Shown piece by piece: positions 46,008-54,858 of a stretch of 64,000 nt of DNA (positions are counted from its first letter, which is position 1; each line of letters starts with the position of its first letter). Where the stretch lies: contig CAIRTK010000028.1 in the NCBI GenBank assembly GCA_903881475.1, positions 6,194 to 70,193 on the forward strand, in the 5' to 3' direction. The translations under genes and the position numbers were made by a program. This DNA comes from an uncultured Opitutia bacterium (GTDB lineage Bacteria > Verrucomicrobiota > Verrucomicrobiia > Opitutales > Opitutaceae). The notes under the pieces are model-generated. The model was not told the DNA's origin. It searched no databases and saw only the letters and a program-made list of their open reading frames with translations.

Positions 46008-46799
46008 ATGCCCTCCAGTCCCACTTTCGTGCTCCGCCACGTCGCCCTGGTCTCGCGCAACTTGGCGCGGCTGCTGCCGTTTTACCGCGATACGCTCGGC
46101 CTCGTCGCCCGGCAGCCTGATGCCCGCACGCTCACCCTGCATTTTTCCCCGGAGTCCCCGGCTGTCATCACGTTCACCGAGGATCCGGCGGCCCTCGAGC
46201 CCGCCGAGCGCGTGGCCGGACTTTTCCACATCGCCCTGCTTGTGCCCGACCGGCCGGCGCTTGCCGTCGTCCTGGCCCGCCTGATCGAGCGCCGCCAGGC
46301 CATCGAGGGCCTGTCCGACCACGGCGTCAGCGAGGCCATCTATCTCTCCGACCCGGACGGCAACGGCCTTGAAATCTACCGCGACCGGCCGCGCGCCGAC
46401 TGGCCGATGGACGGCGAGCACGTCGCGATGTTCACCCGCGCGCTCGACCACCGCGGCCTGCTTCGCGAACTGCCGGCCCCGCCGCCCGCGGCTCCCCTCG
46501 CGCACGCCACGCTCGGCCACGTCCACCTGCAGGTCAGCTCACTCGCGCCGGCCCAGAAATTCTATACCAGCGAACTCGGCGTTGCCATCCGCCAGCTCAG
46601 CTACCCCGGCGCGGTATTCCTCGCCGCCGACGGTTACCATCACCACATCGCGCTCAACACCTGGGGTGATCCCGCCCGCCGCCCCGCCGGCCAACTCACC
46701 GGCCTGACCGGCTTCACCGCCGCGACATCGCGCGTCACCGCTCCGCGCACCCTCGCCGATCCCGACAGCATCGCCGTCACCCTTGAGCCGTTGGCCTGA
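46008..46799 (+). CDS. Two-domain VOC (glyoxalase/extradiol dioxygenase-like) family protein
   Basis: Two VOC modules are visible: LRHVALVSRNLARLLPFYRDTLGL...FHIALLV...GVSEAIYLSDPDGNGLEIY and LGHVHLQVSSLAPAQKFYTSELG.... The upstream part of the listed ORF is repeat DNA. Confidence 0.8.
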   Translation: MPSSPTFVLRHVALVSRNLARLLPFYRDTLGLVARQPDARTLTLHFSPESPAVITFTEDPAALEPAERVAGLFHIALLVPDRPALAVVLARLIERRQAIEGLSDHGVSEAIYLSDPDGNGLEIYRDRPRADWPMDGEHVAMFTRALDHRGLLRELPAPPPAAPLAHATLGHVHLQVSSLAPAQKFYTSELGVAIRQLSYPGAVFLAADGYHHHIALNTWGDPARRPAGQLTGLTGFTAATSRVTAPRTLADPDSIAVTLEPLA

Positions 46800-46989
46800 T
46801 CGGCAGAAGTGCCTGGCTGGTAGCCGCCGACGTAAGGAGGCTGCAGCGCGGCAGTGCCGGTAGGGCGCGTTATCCCTAACGCGCCGGTTGGAGCCAAACC
46901 CGGCGGATGAAGGATAATCCGCCCTACCCTTCAATCATGCGTCAGCCATCCGGTTTCCGGTATCCGCAATCCGCCATTGACAGTTCCGC

Positions 46990-47430
46990 TCACGCCCCGC
47001 CCGCCGTCGACTGCGGCACGACCCCCGTGACCTTCCAGTCGTTCCCTTCCTTCACCAGCAGCCAGTTGTAGGCCTCGCTCGTACCCGCGCCAAACACCCG
47101 CACCGGCACCACCGCCACCACGCCGTTGTCGCTCGGCAGGGCGAAATCCGCGCGCGTGTTCTTCCAGACCGCCGGGTACTTCCGGGTGATCAGCGACACA
47201 AACCGGGCCGGCGGCACCACCGCCTGAAAGGGCGCCGCAGCGGCCGCGTAGGCTTTTTCCCAATCCTCCGCCCGGAAGGCCGCAAGCTGAGCCGTCACCA
47301 CGGCCACGAGCTGCTCGCGCACCGACGGCTTGCTCAGGCGCAGCCGGTCACCGCCGGTTTCCTGTGCGCGGACGGCCGCCACGCCGGTCAGCAGCATCAG
47401 CGCCACAAGCCATGATTTCATGGCGCCCAA
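46990..47430 (-). CDS. Small secreted protein, unknown function (DUF4864-like guess)
   Basis: The signal peptide is MGAMKSWLVALMLLTGVAAVRAQ. The protein is 146 aa and no motif was recognised with certainty. Confidence 0.55.
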   Translation of the reverse strand: MGAMKSWLVALMLLTGVAAVRAQETGGDRLRLSKPSVREQLVAVVTAQLAAFRAEDWEKAYAAAAAPFQAVVPPARFVSLITRKYPAVWKNTRADFALPSDNGVVAVVPVRVFGAGTSEAYNWLLVKEGNDWKVTGVVPQSTAGGA

Positions 47431-47491
47431 CGTGCACAGGGGTCGGGCGGGCGCAAGGGTGTGAGCCGAGTCAAAATCAACAGCCTTGGCC

Positions 47492-47548
47492 GTAGCGCAG
47501 GCATCCTGCCTGCCTCAGATCCGGAAGCTGGCAGGATGCCTGCGCTAC
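47492..47548. repeat. Family B palindromic repeat (GTAGCGCAGGCATCCTGCCTGC ... GCAGGATGCCTGCGCTAC)
   Basis: This copy is a full hairpin unit. Further copies or half-copies lie at 31879-31906, 48361-48382, 48473-48496 and 63065-63090. Confidence 0.9.
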
Positions 47549-47614
47549 TATGCAACCCGCCGTTGACTTCACCCGCCGGCTCGGCGTGCTTGGCCGCCGG
47601 CCCCGCCTTTTCTC

Positions 47615-48355
47615 ATGAGCAAAAACATCCCCGTCGCCCTGCAGCTCTGGTCCGTCCGCGAGGACACCGCCCGTGATTTCGCCGCCACCGTCGGCGCCGT
47701 GGCCCGGATGGGTTACACCGGCGTGGAGATCGCCGGCTTCGGCAACACCGACGCCAAGGGCGCCAAGGCCGCGCTCGACGCCGCCGGCCTGAAGGTCGCC
47801 GGCATCCACGCCGGCATCGGCCAGCTCCGCTCAGACCTTAACCGCTGCGTGGACGAGGCCCTGCTCCTCGGCTCGCGCCATGTCATCTGCCCCTACTGGC
47901 CCCGCGAGCACTACCATTCCGGCGCCGCCTGCACGCGCATCGGCGAGGAACTCGGCGCCATCGGCGCGACGTTTCGCGCGCACGGCCTGCAGTTCGCCTT
48001 TCACAACCACGCCTTTGAAATGGCGGTGGTCGACGGCCGCCGGGTGTTCGACTGGATCCTCGACGCCGCCGCGCCCCGCGACGTCGGTTGCCAGGCCGAC
48101 GTTTACTGGGTGCAGGTCGGCGGGAAGAATCCCGTCGAGTTCATCCGGGAGCAGGGCCGCCGCATCCGCACGATCCACCTCAAGGACGAGAAGGAACTCG
48201 GCACCGGCCCGATCAATTTCGCCGAGGTGTTCGCCACCGTCGAGGCCATCGGCGCCGTCGAGTGGTACGTGGTGGAGGTCGAGCAATACTCCCACGTGCC
48301 GATGGAATCCGTCCGCCTTTCGTTCGAACAGCTGAAGAAGTGGGGCAAGGCGTGA
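47615..48355 (+). CDS. Sugar phosphate isomerase/epimerase (xylose-isomerase-like TIM barrel)
   Basis: LQLWSVRED...GYTGVEIAGF...FHNHAFE...DVYW...HLKD pattern. 246 aa. Confidence 0.82.
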   Translation: MSKNIPVALQLWSVREDTARDFAATVGAVARMGYTGVEIAGFGNTDAKGAKAALDAAGLKVAGIHAGIGQLRSDLNRCVDEALLLGSRHVICPYWPREHYHSGAACTRIGEELGAIGATFRAHGLQFAFHNHAFEMAVVDGRRVFDWILDAAAPRDVGCQADVYWVQVGGKNPVEFIREQGRRIRTIHLKDEKELGTGPINFAEVFATVEAIGAVEWYVVEVEQYSHVPMESVRLSFEQLKKWGKA

Positions 48356-48492
48356 GATGAGTAGCGCAGGCATCCTGCCTGCATCCGTTTGATCGGGTTC
48401 CTTGTGCTGCCCACCAGAATGACCCGTTGCGCATTGCATGCCGCTGGCAGCGGAAGTCAGCGACCTTGACGAGGGCAGGCTGGAAGCCTGCG

Positions 48493-51390
48493 CTACTTGG
48501 CGAGCGCGTTGCGCACCGCGGTCGCCAGGTCCGTCAGCCGGTAGGGCTTGGGCACGATGCCGCAGAACCCGTGGGCCCGGAAATTCGCCAGCACCGGGTC
48601 GCCGGAGTAGCCGCTGGAAACGATGGCGCGCACCGCCGGGTCGAGCTTGAGCAGCTCCTGCATCGCCTCAAGACCGCCCATCGCGCCCGGCACGGTCAGG
48701 TCCATCATCACGACATCGTAGGGCTGGCCCGCGCGCTGCGCCGCCGCGAACTCCGCCAGCAGGGCCGCGCCATCGGCGACGGCCTTGACCGTGAGCCCGA
48801 GCCGGCCCAGCAGGACCTCCGCCATCGCCCGGATCGGTTCCTCGTCGTCCATGAACAGGATCCGGCCCGCCAACGGTTCGAGCGGCGAGCGGCCCTCCGG
48901 CGGGGTCGCCGGTGCCACCCGCGCGGCGGGCAGCCAGAGGCGGAACGTCGTGCCCTTGCCGAGCTCGGATTCCACCGCCACGTGGCCCTGATGCTTGCGG
49001 ACAATGGAATAAACCGTCGCGAGCCCCAGACCGCTGCCCTGCTCCTTGGTGGTGAAATAAGGCTCGAAGATCCGCGTGAGGTGCTCCGGCGAAATGCCCG
49101 CCCCCGTGTCGCTGAGGACCAGCCCGACGTACCGGCCGGCCCGCAGCGGGGGCTGCTGGCCGTCGGCCAGCTCCTCGTTGCGCAGCGCCACGCGCACCAC
49201 GCCGCCGTGGCGCATGGCCTGCATGGCGTTCATCACCAGGTTCTGCACCACCTGGCCGATCTGGCTGCGGTCGACATCCGCCGCCCAGAGTTCCTCCGGC
49301 ATCTCGAACTCCGCGCGCACGGCCGTGCCGTGCAGGGCAAACTCCGCGGCCTCGCGCACCACCTCGGGCAGCCGCACGGCCATGCGGATCGGATCCCCGC
49401 CTTTGGCAAAGGTGAGGAGCTGCTGCGTGAGGTCCCGGGCCCGCAGCGCCCCGCGCTCTGCCTCTTGCAGCCACCGGTCGGCCGTGGGGCTCTTGTCCGG
49501 GTCAAGCTGCGCCAGCGTCACGTTGCCCATGATCACGGCCAGGATGTTGTTGAAGTCATGCGCGATGCCGCCCGCCAGGATGCCGACCGACTCGAGCTTC
49601 GAGGCCCGCTCCAGCTCCGCCTCGAGCCGCGAACGGTCCGTCACATCGCGCAGCACGAGCACGGCCCCGATCCCCTGCCCGGTCTCGTCCCGCATCGGGG
49701 CGCAGCAGCCCTCGACCACCCCGCGCCCGCCCAGCCGGCCCAGCAGCAGGGTCTGGGGCGGCAAATCCAGCACCCGGCCCGCGGCCAGCGCGGCGGCCAC
49801 GGGGGGCGTGATCATCGCCCCCGTCCGCGCATGGCGCAGCGCACACACCTCGCTGATGGGCCGGCCGGCCGCCGCGGCCGCCGTCCAGCCGGTGATGGCG
49901 GTTGCCGCCTGGTTGATGAAAAGGACGATGCCCTGCGGGTCGGTCGTGACCACGCCCTCCGCCATGGCGCGGAAAGTCACGGCCAGGCGCTCGCGCTCCG
50001 CGGCCAGCGCCCCTTCCGCCGCCTTGGTCTGCGTGAGGTCGAGCAGCACCAGGGGCGTGCGTTCGTAATGCGGCCGTCCGTCCACCACCGGAATCCACCA
50101 GTGGCTGTGCACATGGTGCGGAACCCCATCCAGCGCGAGCAGGGTCATTTCAGCCTCGGATTCATTCCGGCCGCTCCACGCCGCCAGGAACGACTGGCGG
50201 CGCGCGGTCCAGCCCGAGGGCGGGATGATCCGGCCGAGGTTGGCCACGAGTTCCTCCAGCGTGCCCGCGGCCATCAGCCGGAGCGCGGCCGCATTGGCCC
50301 CGATGATGGGCAGCCGGGCCAGGGCGGCGGCCATCTCCTCCTCATGGTCGCCGGCCCACGCGGCCAGGTCCGTCACCCCCGCGGCCCGCAGCCCGTCCAT
50401 CCACGCGATGGTGGCGCGGTAGTCATATTCCACGATCCCGATCGGCGAATTCTCAAACAGCAGCCGGTAGCGCGATTCGCTTTCGTGCAGCGCCGCCTGC
50501 GCTCGCTCGCGCTCGGTCAGGTCCTTCGCAATGCCCAGCACCTGTTCCCGCCCTTGGGCGGTAAAGACCAGCGTGGTCATTTCCACCCGCAGCAGCCGGC
50601 CGTCCCGGCAGCGATGGGTGAAGATCCCGGGCAGATTCGGGCCCGGCTGCATCGCCCGCACCGCGTTCTTCAGGTACTCCCACTCGTTCTCCGGCCGGAT
50701 GTCCGGCAGCGTCATGCGCATGAACTCCTCCCGGGCATAGCCGTACAGCGCGACCGCCGCGTCGTTAACCGAGAGAAACTTCAGCGTCTCCCGGTCATAG
50801 ATCCACATCGGATAGGGGTTCGCCAGAAACAGCCCGCGGTAGCGTTCCTCGCTCTCGCGCAGTGCGACCTCCGCCTGCTTGCGGGCGGTGATATCCGTGA
50901 CAAAGCCCTGGATCGCGACCAGCCGCCCGACGGAGTCGCGCACCGCGCGCACGTTCTCGGAAATCCACCGCGTGGTGCCGTCGGGCCGGCGGATCTCCGA
51001 CTCGAAGTCCGTGAGGATCTCGCGGGAACCGAGCTGGGCGAGAAATTCAGCCCGGCGGCCCGGACGCACATAGATGCTGGCGGTCTGGGCGGCCGACACG
51101 CGCAGCAGCTCCTCCACGCTGCCGTAGCCGAGGATGCGGGTCATCGCCGGGTTGGCCGTGCGAAACCCGCCCTCCACCGGGTTCTCATAGATGCCCTCGA
51201 CCGCATTCTCGAACAGGAACCGGTGCAGGTCGTCCTGCGCACCCCGGCGGACACTGACCCGGCGGAGCCACCAGCCTAGGCCCGCTGCCAGCAATACTGC
51301 CGCCCCGCCTGCCAACCAGCCCGGACCCGGCTGACCCAGGGCGAGGACAGACCACCGGGCGTCGGACAAAAGCGTGGGGGCAGGTGTCAT
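48493..51390 (-). CDS. Hybrid sensor histidine kinase: TM anchor, multiple PAS domains, HisKA, HATPase_c and a C-terminal receiver
   Basis: Start taken at MTPAPTLLSDARW.... H-box GGIAHDFNNIL, N-box NLVMNAMQAM, G-boxes DTGAGI and GSGLGLATV, and receiver ILFMDDEEPI...DVVMMDLTVPG. Several PAS-like blocks are present (GIYENP.., RESEERYRGLF.., HESESRYRLLFENSP..). Confidence 0.9.
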   Translation of the reverse strand: MTPAPTLLSDARWSVLALGQPGPGWLAGGAAVLLAAGLGWWLRRVSVRRGAQDDLHRFLFENAVEGIYENPVEGGFRTANPAMTRILGYGSVEELLRVSAAQTASIYVRPGRRAEFLAQLGSREILTDFESEIRRPDGTTRWISENVRAVRDSVGRLVAIQGFVTDITARKQAEVALRESEERYRGLFLANPYPMWIYDRETLKFLSVNDAAVALYGYAREEFMRMTLPDIRPENEWEYLKNAVRAMQPGPNLPGIFTHRCRDGRLLRVEMTTLVFTAQGREQVLGIAKDLTERERAQAALHESESRYRLLFENSPIGIVEYDYRATIAWMDGLRAAGVTDLAAWAGDHEEEMAAALARLPIIGANAAALRLMAAGTLEELVANLGRIIPPSGWTARRQSFLAAWSGRNESEAEMTLLALDGVPHHVHSHWWIPVVDGRPHYERTPLVLLDLTQTKAAEGALAAERERLAVTFRAMAEGVVTTDPQGIVLFINQAATAITGWTAAAAAGRPISEVCALRHARTGAMITPPVAAALAAGRVLDLPPQTLLLGRLGGRGVVEGCCAPMRDETGQGIGAVLVLRDVTDRSRLEAELERASKLESVGILAGGIAHDFNNILAVIMGNVTLAQLDPDKSPTADRWLQEAERGALRARDLTQQLLTFAKGGDPIRMAVRLPEVVREAAEFALHGTAVRAEFEMPEELWAADVDRSQIGQVVQNLVMNAMQAMRHGGVVRVALRNEELADGQQPPLRAGRYVGLVLSDTGAGISPEHLTRIFEPYFTTKEQGSGLGLATVYSIVRKHQGHVAVESELGKGTTFRLWLPAARVAPATPPEGRSPLEPLAGRILFMDDEEPIRAMAEVLLGRLGLTVKAVADGAALLAEFAAAQRAGQPYDVVMMDLTVPGAMGGLEAMQELLKLDPAVRAIVSSGYSGDPVLANFRAHGFCGIVPKPYRLTDLATAVRNALAK

Positions 51391-51499
51391 ACCGATGGCG
51401 GAAGTCGCGCCAATATTCGGGCGGCGCCCGTTTTGTCGAGGGGCAAAGCCCGTCCGCGGCTTGACTTTGCGCCCCGGGGCGCCGCCTTGGGGCGGCATC

Positions 51500-51976
51500 A
51501 TGCCGCCGCTCATCCGTCCCGCCACCCCCGCCGATGTCCCGCTGCTGCTCGCGCTCATCCGGGGCCTCGCCACCTATGAGAAGCTGCTGCACGAGGTCGA
51601 GGCCACCGAGGAGAGGCTCACCGCCGCGCTCTTCGGCCCGCGACCCGCCGCCGAGTGCGTGCTCGCCTTCACCGGCGGCGGCGCCCCCGCCGGGTGCGCG
51701 GTGTTCTTCACCAACTACTCGACGTTTCTCGCCAAGCCCGGCCTCTACCTCGAGGACCTGTTCGTCCTGCCGGAATTCCGCGGCCAGGGCATCGGCAAGG
51801 CGCTGCTGCTCCACCTCGCCCGCCTCGCCCACCAGCGCGGCTGCGGCCGCATGGAATGGACCGTGCTCGACTGGAACCAGCCGGCCATCGACTTCTATGA
51901 ATCGCTCGGGGCCGTGCGGCTGACCGACTGGACGATCTGCCGCCTGAGCGGAGCGGCGCTCGCCCGGCACGCCTGA
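51500..51976 (+). CDS. GNAT family N-acetyltransferase
   Basis: ATG at 51500 gives MPPLIRPATPADVPLLLALIRGLATYE.... The acetyl-CoA site is LFVLPEFRGQGIGKALLLHLARLA. Confidence 0.85.
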   Translation: MPPLIRPATPADVPLLLALIRGLATYEKLLHEVEATEERLTAALFGPRPAAECVLAFTGGGAPAGCAVFFTNYSTFLAKPGLYLEDLFVLPEFRGQGIGKALLLHLARLAHQRGCGRMEWTVLDWNQPAIDFYESLGAVRLTDWTICRLSGAALARHA

Positions 51977-52045
51977 CGCCCTCGCCCGCAATTCATGCGG
52001 GGAGGGATTGCAGTATGTCCGGCGACTGACCTAGCATCCCACCGC

Positions 52046-52387
52046 ATGACTCCTGTGCCCCCGCCCAACGCCGCCATCGCCGAGCTGAGCTCTTCCCTCG
52101 GCGAGGACTCGGCGCGCGAGCTGGTGGAGATGTTCCTGGGCAATTTTCCCACCGTGCTGGCGGAGCTTAACTCCGGTGACCGCGAACAGCGCCGGCGGGC
52201 CGCCCACAGCCTGAAAAGCAGCTCGCACATCGTGGGGGCGGACCGGCTCTCCGGCCGCATGGCCGAGCTGGAGGCCCGGCTGACGCTGCCCAGCGGCTCG
52301 GTCTCCCATGAGGACGTGACCGGCACGATCGAGGAATTCGAGCGGATCGCCGTCGCCCTGCGGGCCTATGCGCGCCAGGGCGCCTAG
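52046..52387 (+). CDS. Hpt (histidine phosphotransfer) domain protein
   Basis: ATG at 52046. It is a helical 113-aa protein with the phosphorylatable-His motif AAHSLKSSSHIVGA. Confidence 0.8.
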   Translation: MTPVPPPNAAIAELSSSLGEDSARELVEMFLGNFPTVLAELNSGDREQRRRAAHSLKSSSHIVGADRLSGRMAELEARLTLPSGSVSHEDVTGTIEEFERIAVALRAYARQGA

Positions 52388-53088
52388 CTCTTCACCAGCC
52401 CGGCCTGGACGCACCAGCGCACGAGGCTCGCCACTTCGCGGACCCCGACTTTTTCCATGATGTTCGCCCGGTGCTTTTCCACCGTGCGCACGCTCAGGTT
52501 CAGGCGGGAGGCGATTTCCTTGGAGGAAAAGCCCTCGCTCACCAGCAGCACGACCTCGATCTCGCGCCCGGAGAGCACTGACACGGCCTCCACCGAGGGC
52601 GCGGGCGCCGCGGGCTTGGTGGACGGCGGCGTGTGGGGCAGATTGCCCGCCGCGATCGCGTCAGCCGTGACGATCTTGGGCGCCACGTTGGTCGCAAAAA
52701 ACATGCCGCCGCTCATCACCGCCTCGATCGCCTGCATCACATAGCTGAGCGGCTCGGCCTTGTCCACGAAGCCATGCACGCCCTGCGCAATCAGCCGCGC
52801 GGGCAATTCGCCGTCCGGATGGCCGGTCAGCACCAGGATGCGCGTCGCCGGAAGTTTCGCGCGCACCTCCCGCACGATGTCGAGGCCGTGCATGCCGGGC
52901 AGAAACAAATCGAGCAGGAGCAGCGCGGGGCGTTCCTTCAGGCAAAAATCCAAGCCCACCTTGCCGTCGGCAAATTCGCCCGCCACGACCAGGCCGCGCA
53001 TCCGGCTCAGGGCCATGCTGAGCATATGGCGGAAAACAGCTTCGTCCTCGATGATGACTGCGCGGGTGGCCACGGACTGATGACACAA
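52384..53088 (-). CDS. Two-component response regulator, NarL/FixJ (LuxR HTH) family
   Basis: The receiver is AVIIEDE...LLLLDLFLPGMHG...VLTG. The C-terminal HTH is LSGREIEVVLLVSEGFSSKEIASRLNLSVRTVEKHRANIMEK. Confidence 0.9.
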   Translation of the reverse strand: MCHQSVATRAVIIEDEAVFRHMLSMALSRMRGLVVAGEFADGKVGLDFCLKERPALLLLDLFLPGMHGLDIVREVRAKLPATRILVLTGHPDGELPARLIAQGVHGFVDKAEPLSYVMQAIEAVMSGGMFFATNVAPKIVTADAIAAGNLPHTPPSTKPAAPAPSVEAVSVLSGREIEVVLLVSEGFSSKEIASRLNLSVRTVEKHRANIMEKVGVREVASLVRWCVQAGLVKS

Positions 53089-53214
53089 TCCCCGCGCGGG
53101 GTGGTTTCAAGTCTATAGGTAAACCGTCCCGCGCCCGGCCCGCCGCTGCGGCGGTTTAATCACCCGCGGCTGATTTCGCCCGCCGGCACAGGGACCGGCG
53201 GAGTAACGCCCCGG

Positions 53215-53835
53215 CTACCTACCCGCCCGGGCGTAATCGTGCAGGAAACGTCGCAGCGCTCGAAAATCCTCCGGCAGAAATACGTCGTAATGTTCCGCCA
53301 GTTCGGCAGCGCCTTCTGGCTGCCAGGTCCGGGCCAAAAACCGGCGATGCTGTTCCGGCGTGAGCGCCACCCAGTGCGGACAATCCACGCAGTGCGTCCC
53401 GCTCACGCGGCCTCGGGTGCGCGCCAGTTCCTGCCGGCGGCAGGTCCCGTCGGGCGCGACTGCCCGAAACGAGTCCCGGCAGGTCTTGAACTCCGGATAA
53501 AAGCACGCCTTCACCAGTTGGCGGACCGGCGCCGCCAGCGCGTTCCGCTCCGCCGCCGCCCCGCCGCCGAGCACCCGTTCCACCAGCGGCGCGACTTCCG
53601 CGTCGGGCATTTCCCCCGGCGCGCCGCGTTCCGCCGGCGCCAGCGGCCGCCGCAGTCCGCGTTCGAGCACCAGCGCCCACAGCCGCGCGGCCAATTCCAT
53701 CCGCTCGGCCGGTGCTGGCACTGGCGCCGCATTCTGCCGGAAATAACGGTCAAGCACCGTGCTCACGAGCCCGGCAAAAGTGCTTCCAGCCATGTCCATG
53801 CCCGGAACATCAGACGAAGGCCCCATCGGGCGCAA
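53215..53835 (-). CDS. Hypothetical protein with C-terminal cysteine cluster
   Basis: A 206-aa ORF containing CFYPEFKTC...GTC...HCVDCPHW. No family was recognised and the start is uncertain. Confidence 0.5.
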   Translation of the reverse strand: MRPMGPSSDVPGMDMAGSTFAGLVSTVLDRYFRQNAAPVPAPAERMELAARLWALVLERGLRRPLAPAERGAPGEMPDAEVAPLVERVLGGGAAAERNALAAPVRQLVKACFYPEFKTCRDSFRAVAPDGTCRRQELARTRGRVSGTHCVDCPHWVALTPEQHRRFLARTWQPEGAAELAEHYDVFLPEDFRALRRFLHDYARAGR

Positions 53836-53927
53836 ATTTTACCGCGCGTCGGATCCTAAACCTCCGGTTCCCGGTATCGCTCGTCCGAAATTCCAGGATT
53901 TCCAGTCGCCGGCCCGGCCGTCACTGT

Positions 53928-54857
53928 GTGCGCCCTGTGACCGCACCCGCCGCATCCTCCCGCACCGCGCTGCTCCTCGCGTTTGCCGCGATCTATCTGA
54001 TCTGGGGCAGCACCTACCTCGCGATTCGCGTGGCGGTGGAGACGCTCCCGCCGTTCACGATGGCCGGGGCGCGCTTTGTGGTGGCCGGCCTGCTGTTGTA
54101 CGGCTGGCTGGCGCTGCGGGGACGGGCGCGGACGACACCGCGCCAATGGCTCGACAATGCCGTCATCGGCGCGCTGCTCCTCGCCGGCGGCAATGGGCTC
54201 GTGGTCTGGGCCGAGCAGAAGATTCCCTCGGGCCTGACCACGCTGCTCCTTTCCATCAACCCGCTGTTCATGGTGCTGCTGGACGCGGCGCTGCCGCAGG
54301 GCATCCGTCCGGCCTGGCCCACCTTCCTCGGTCTCGCGCTGGGCTTCGGCGGCCTCGTGCTGCTGCTGGGCGGGGGCGTGCCTGACGGCGGTGCCATCGA
54401 TGCCTGGCGTTGCCTCGGGTTGCTCGCGTCGTGCCTCACATGGACCACCGGCTCCCTCTATTCCCGCCACCTCCGGAATCCCGCCGAGCCGATGACCGCA
54501 GCGACCCTGCAGATGCTCCTCGGCGGCGCGCTCATGCTGCTCATCGGCTTTGGCCGCGGTGAGCTCGCTGATCTCCATCCTGGCATCGTGTCGCATCGCT
54601 CGATCGCCGCGTGGGGCTACCTCGTGGTTGCCGGCTCCCTCATCGCCTTCCCGGCTTATATCTACCTGATCAAGCATAGCACGCCGGCCCGGGTCTCCAC
54701 CTATTCCTATGTCAATCCGGTGGTCGCCGTCTTTCTCGGCTGGCTGATCCTGGGCGAGTCCGTCACGGGACGCACGCTGGTGGCCTCGGCGGTGATCGTC
54801 ACAGCGGTCGCCATCATCACCACCCAGCGCGGCAAGGCCGCGCCGAAAAATTCCTGA
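53928..54857 (+). CDS. EamA/DMT-superfamily transporter
   Basis: LLLAFAAIYLIWGSTYLAIRVAV... and 10 TM-like segments arranged as two EamA halves. No ATG lies near the first TM, so GTG 53928 (or 53937) is taken as the start. Confidence 0.78.
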   Translation: MRPVTAPAASSRTALLLAFAAIYLIWGSTYLAIRVAVETLPPFTMAGARFVVAGLLLYGWLALRGRARTTPRQWLDNAVIGALLLAGGNGLVVWAEQKIPSGLTTLLLSINPLFMVLLDAALPQGIRPAWPTFLGLALGFGGLVLLLGGGVPDGGAIDAWRCLGLLASCLTWTTGSLYSRHLRNPAEPMTAATLQMLLGGALMLLIGFGRGELADLHPGIVSHRSIAAWGYLVVAGSLIAFPAYIYLIKHSTPARVSTYSYVNPVVAVFLGWLILGESVTGRTLVASAVIVTAVAIITTQRGKAAPKNS

Positions 54858-54858
54858 C

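Noticed and set aside
48427-51279. A 950-aa plus-strand ORF covering the hybrid kinase locus.
   Set aside because: It is antisense to a gene with complete H, N, G1, G2 and receiver motifs. Its translation is R/G/P/A-rich with no domain signature.
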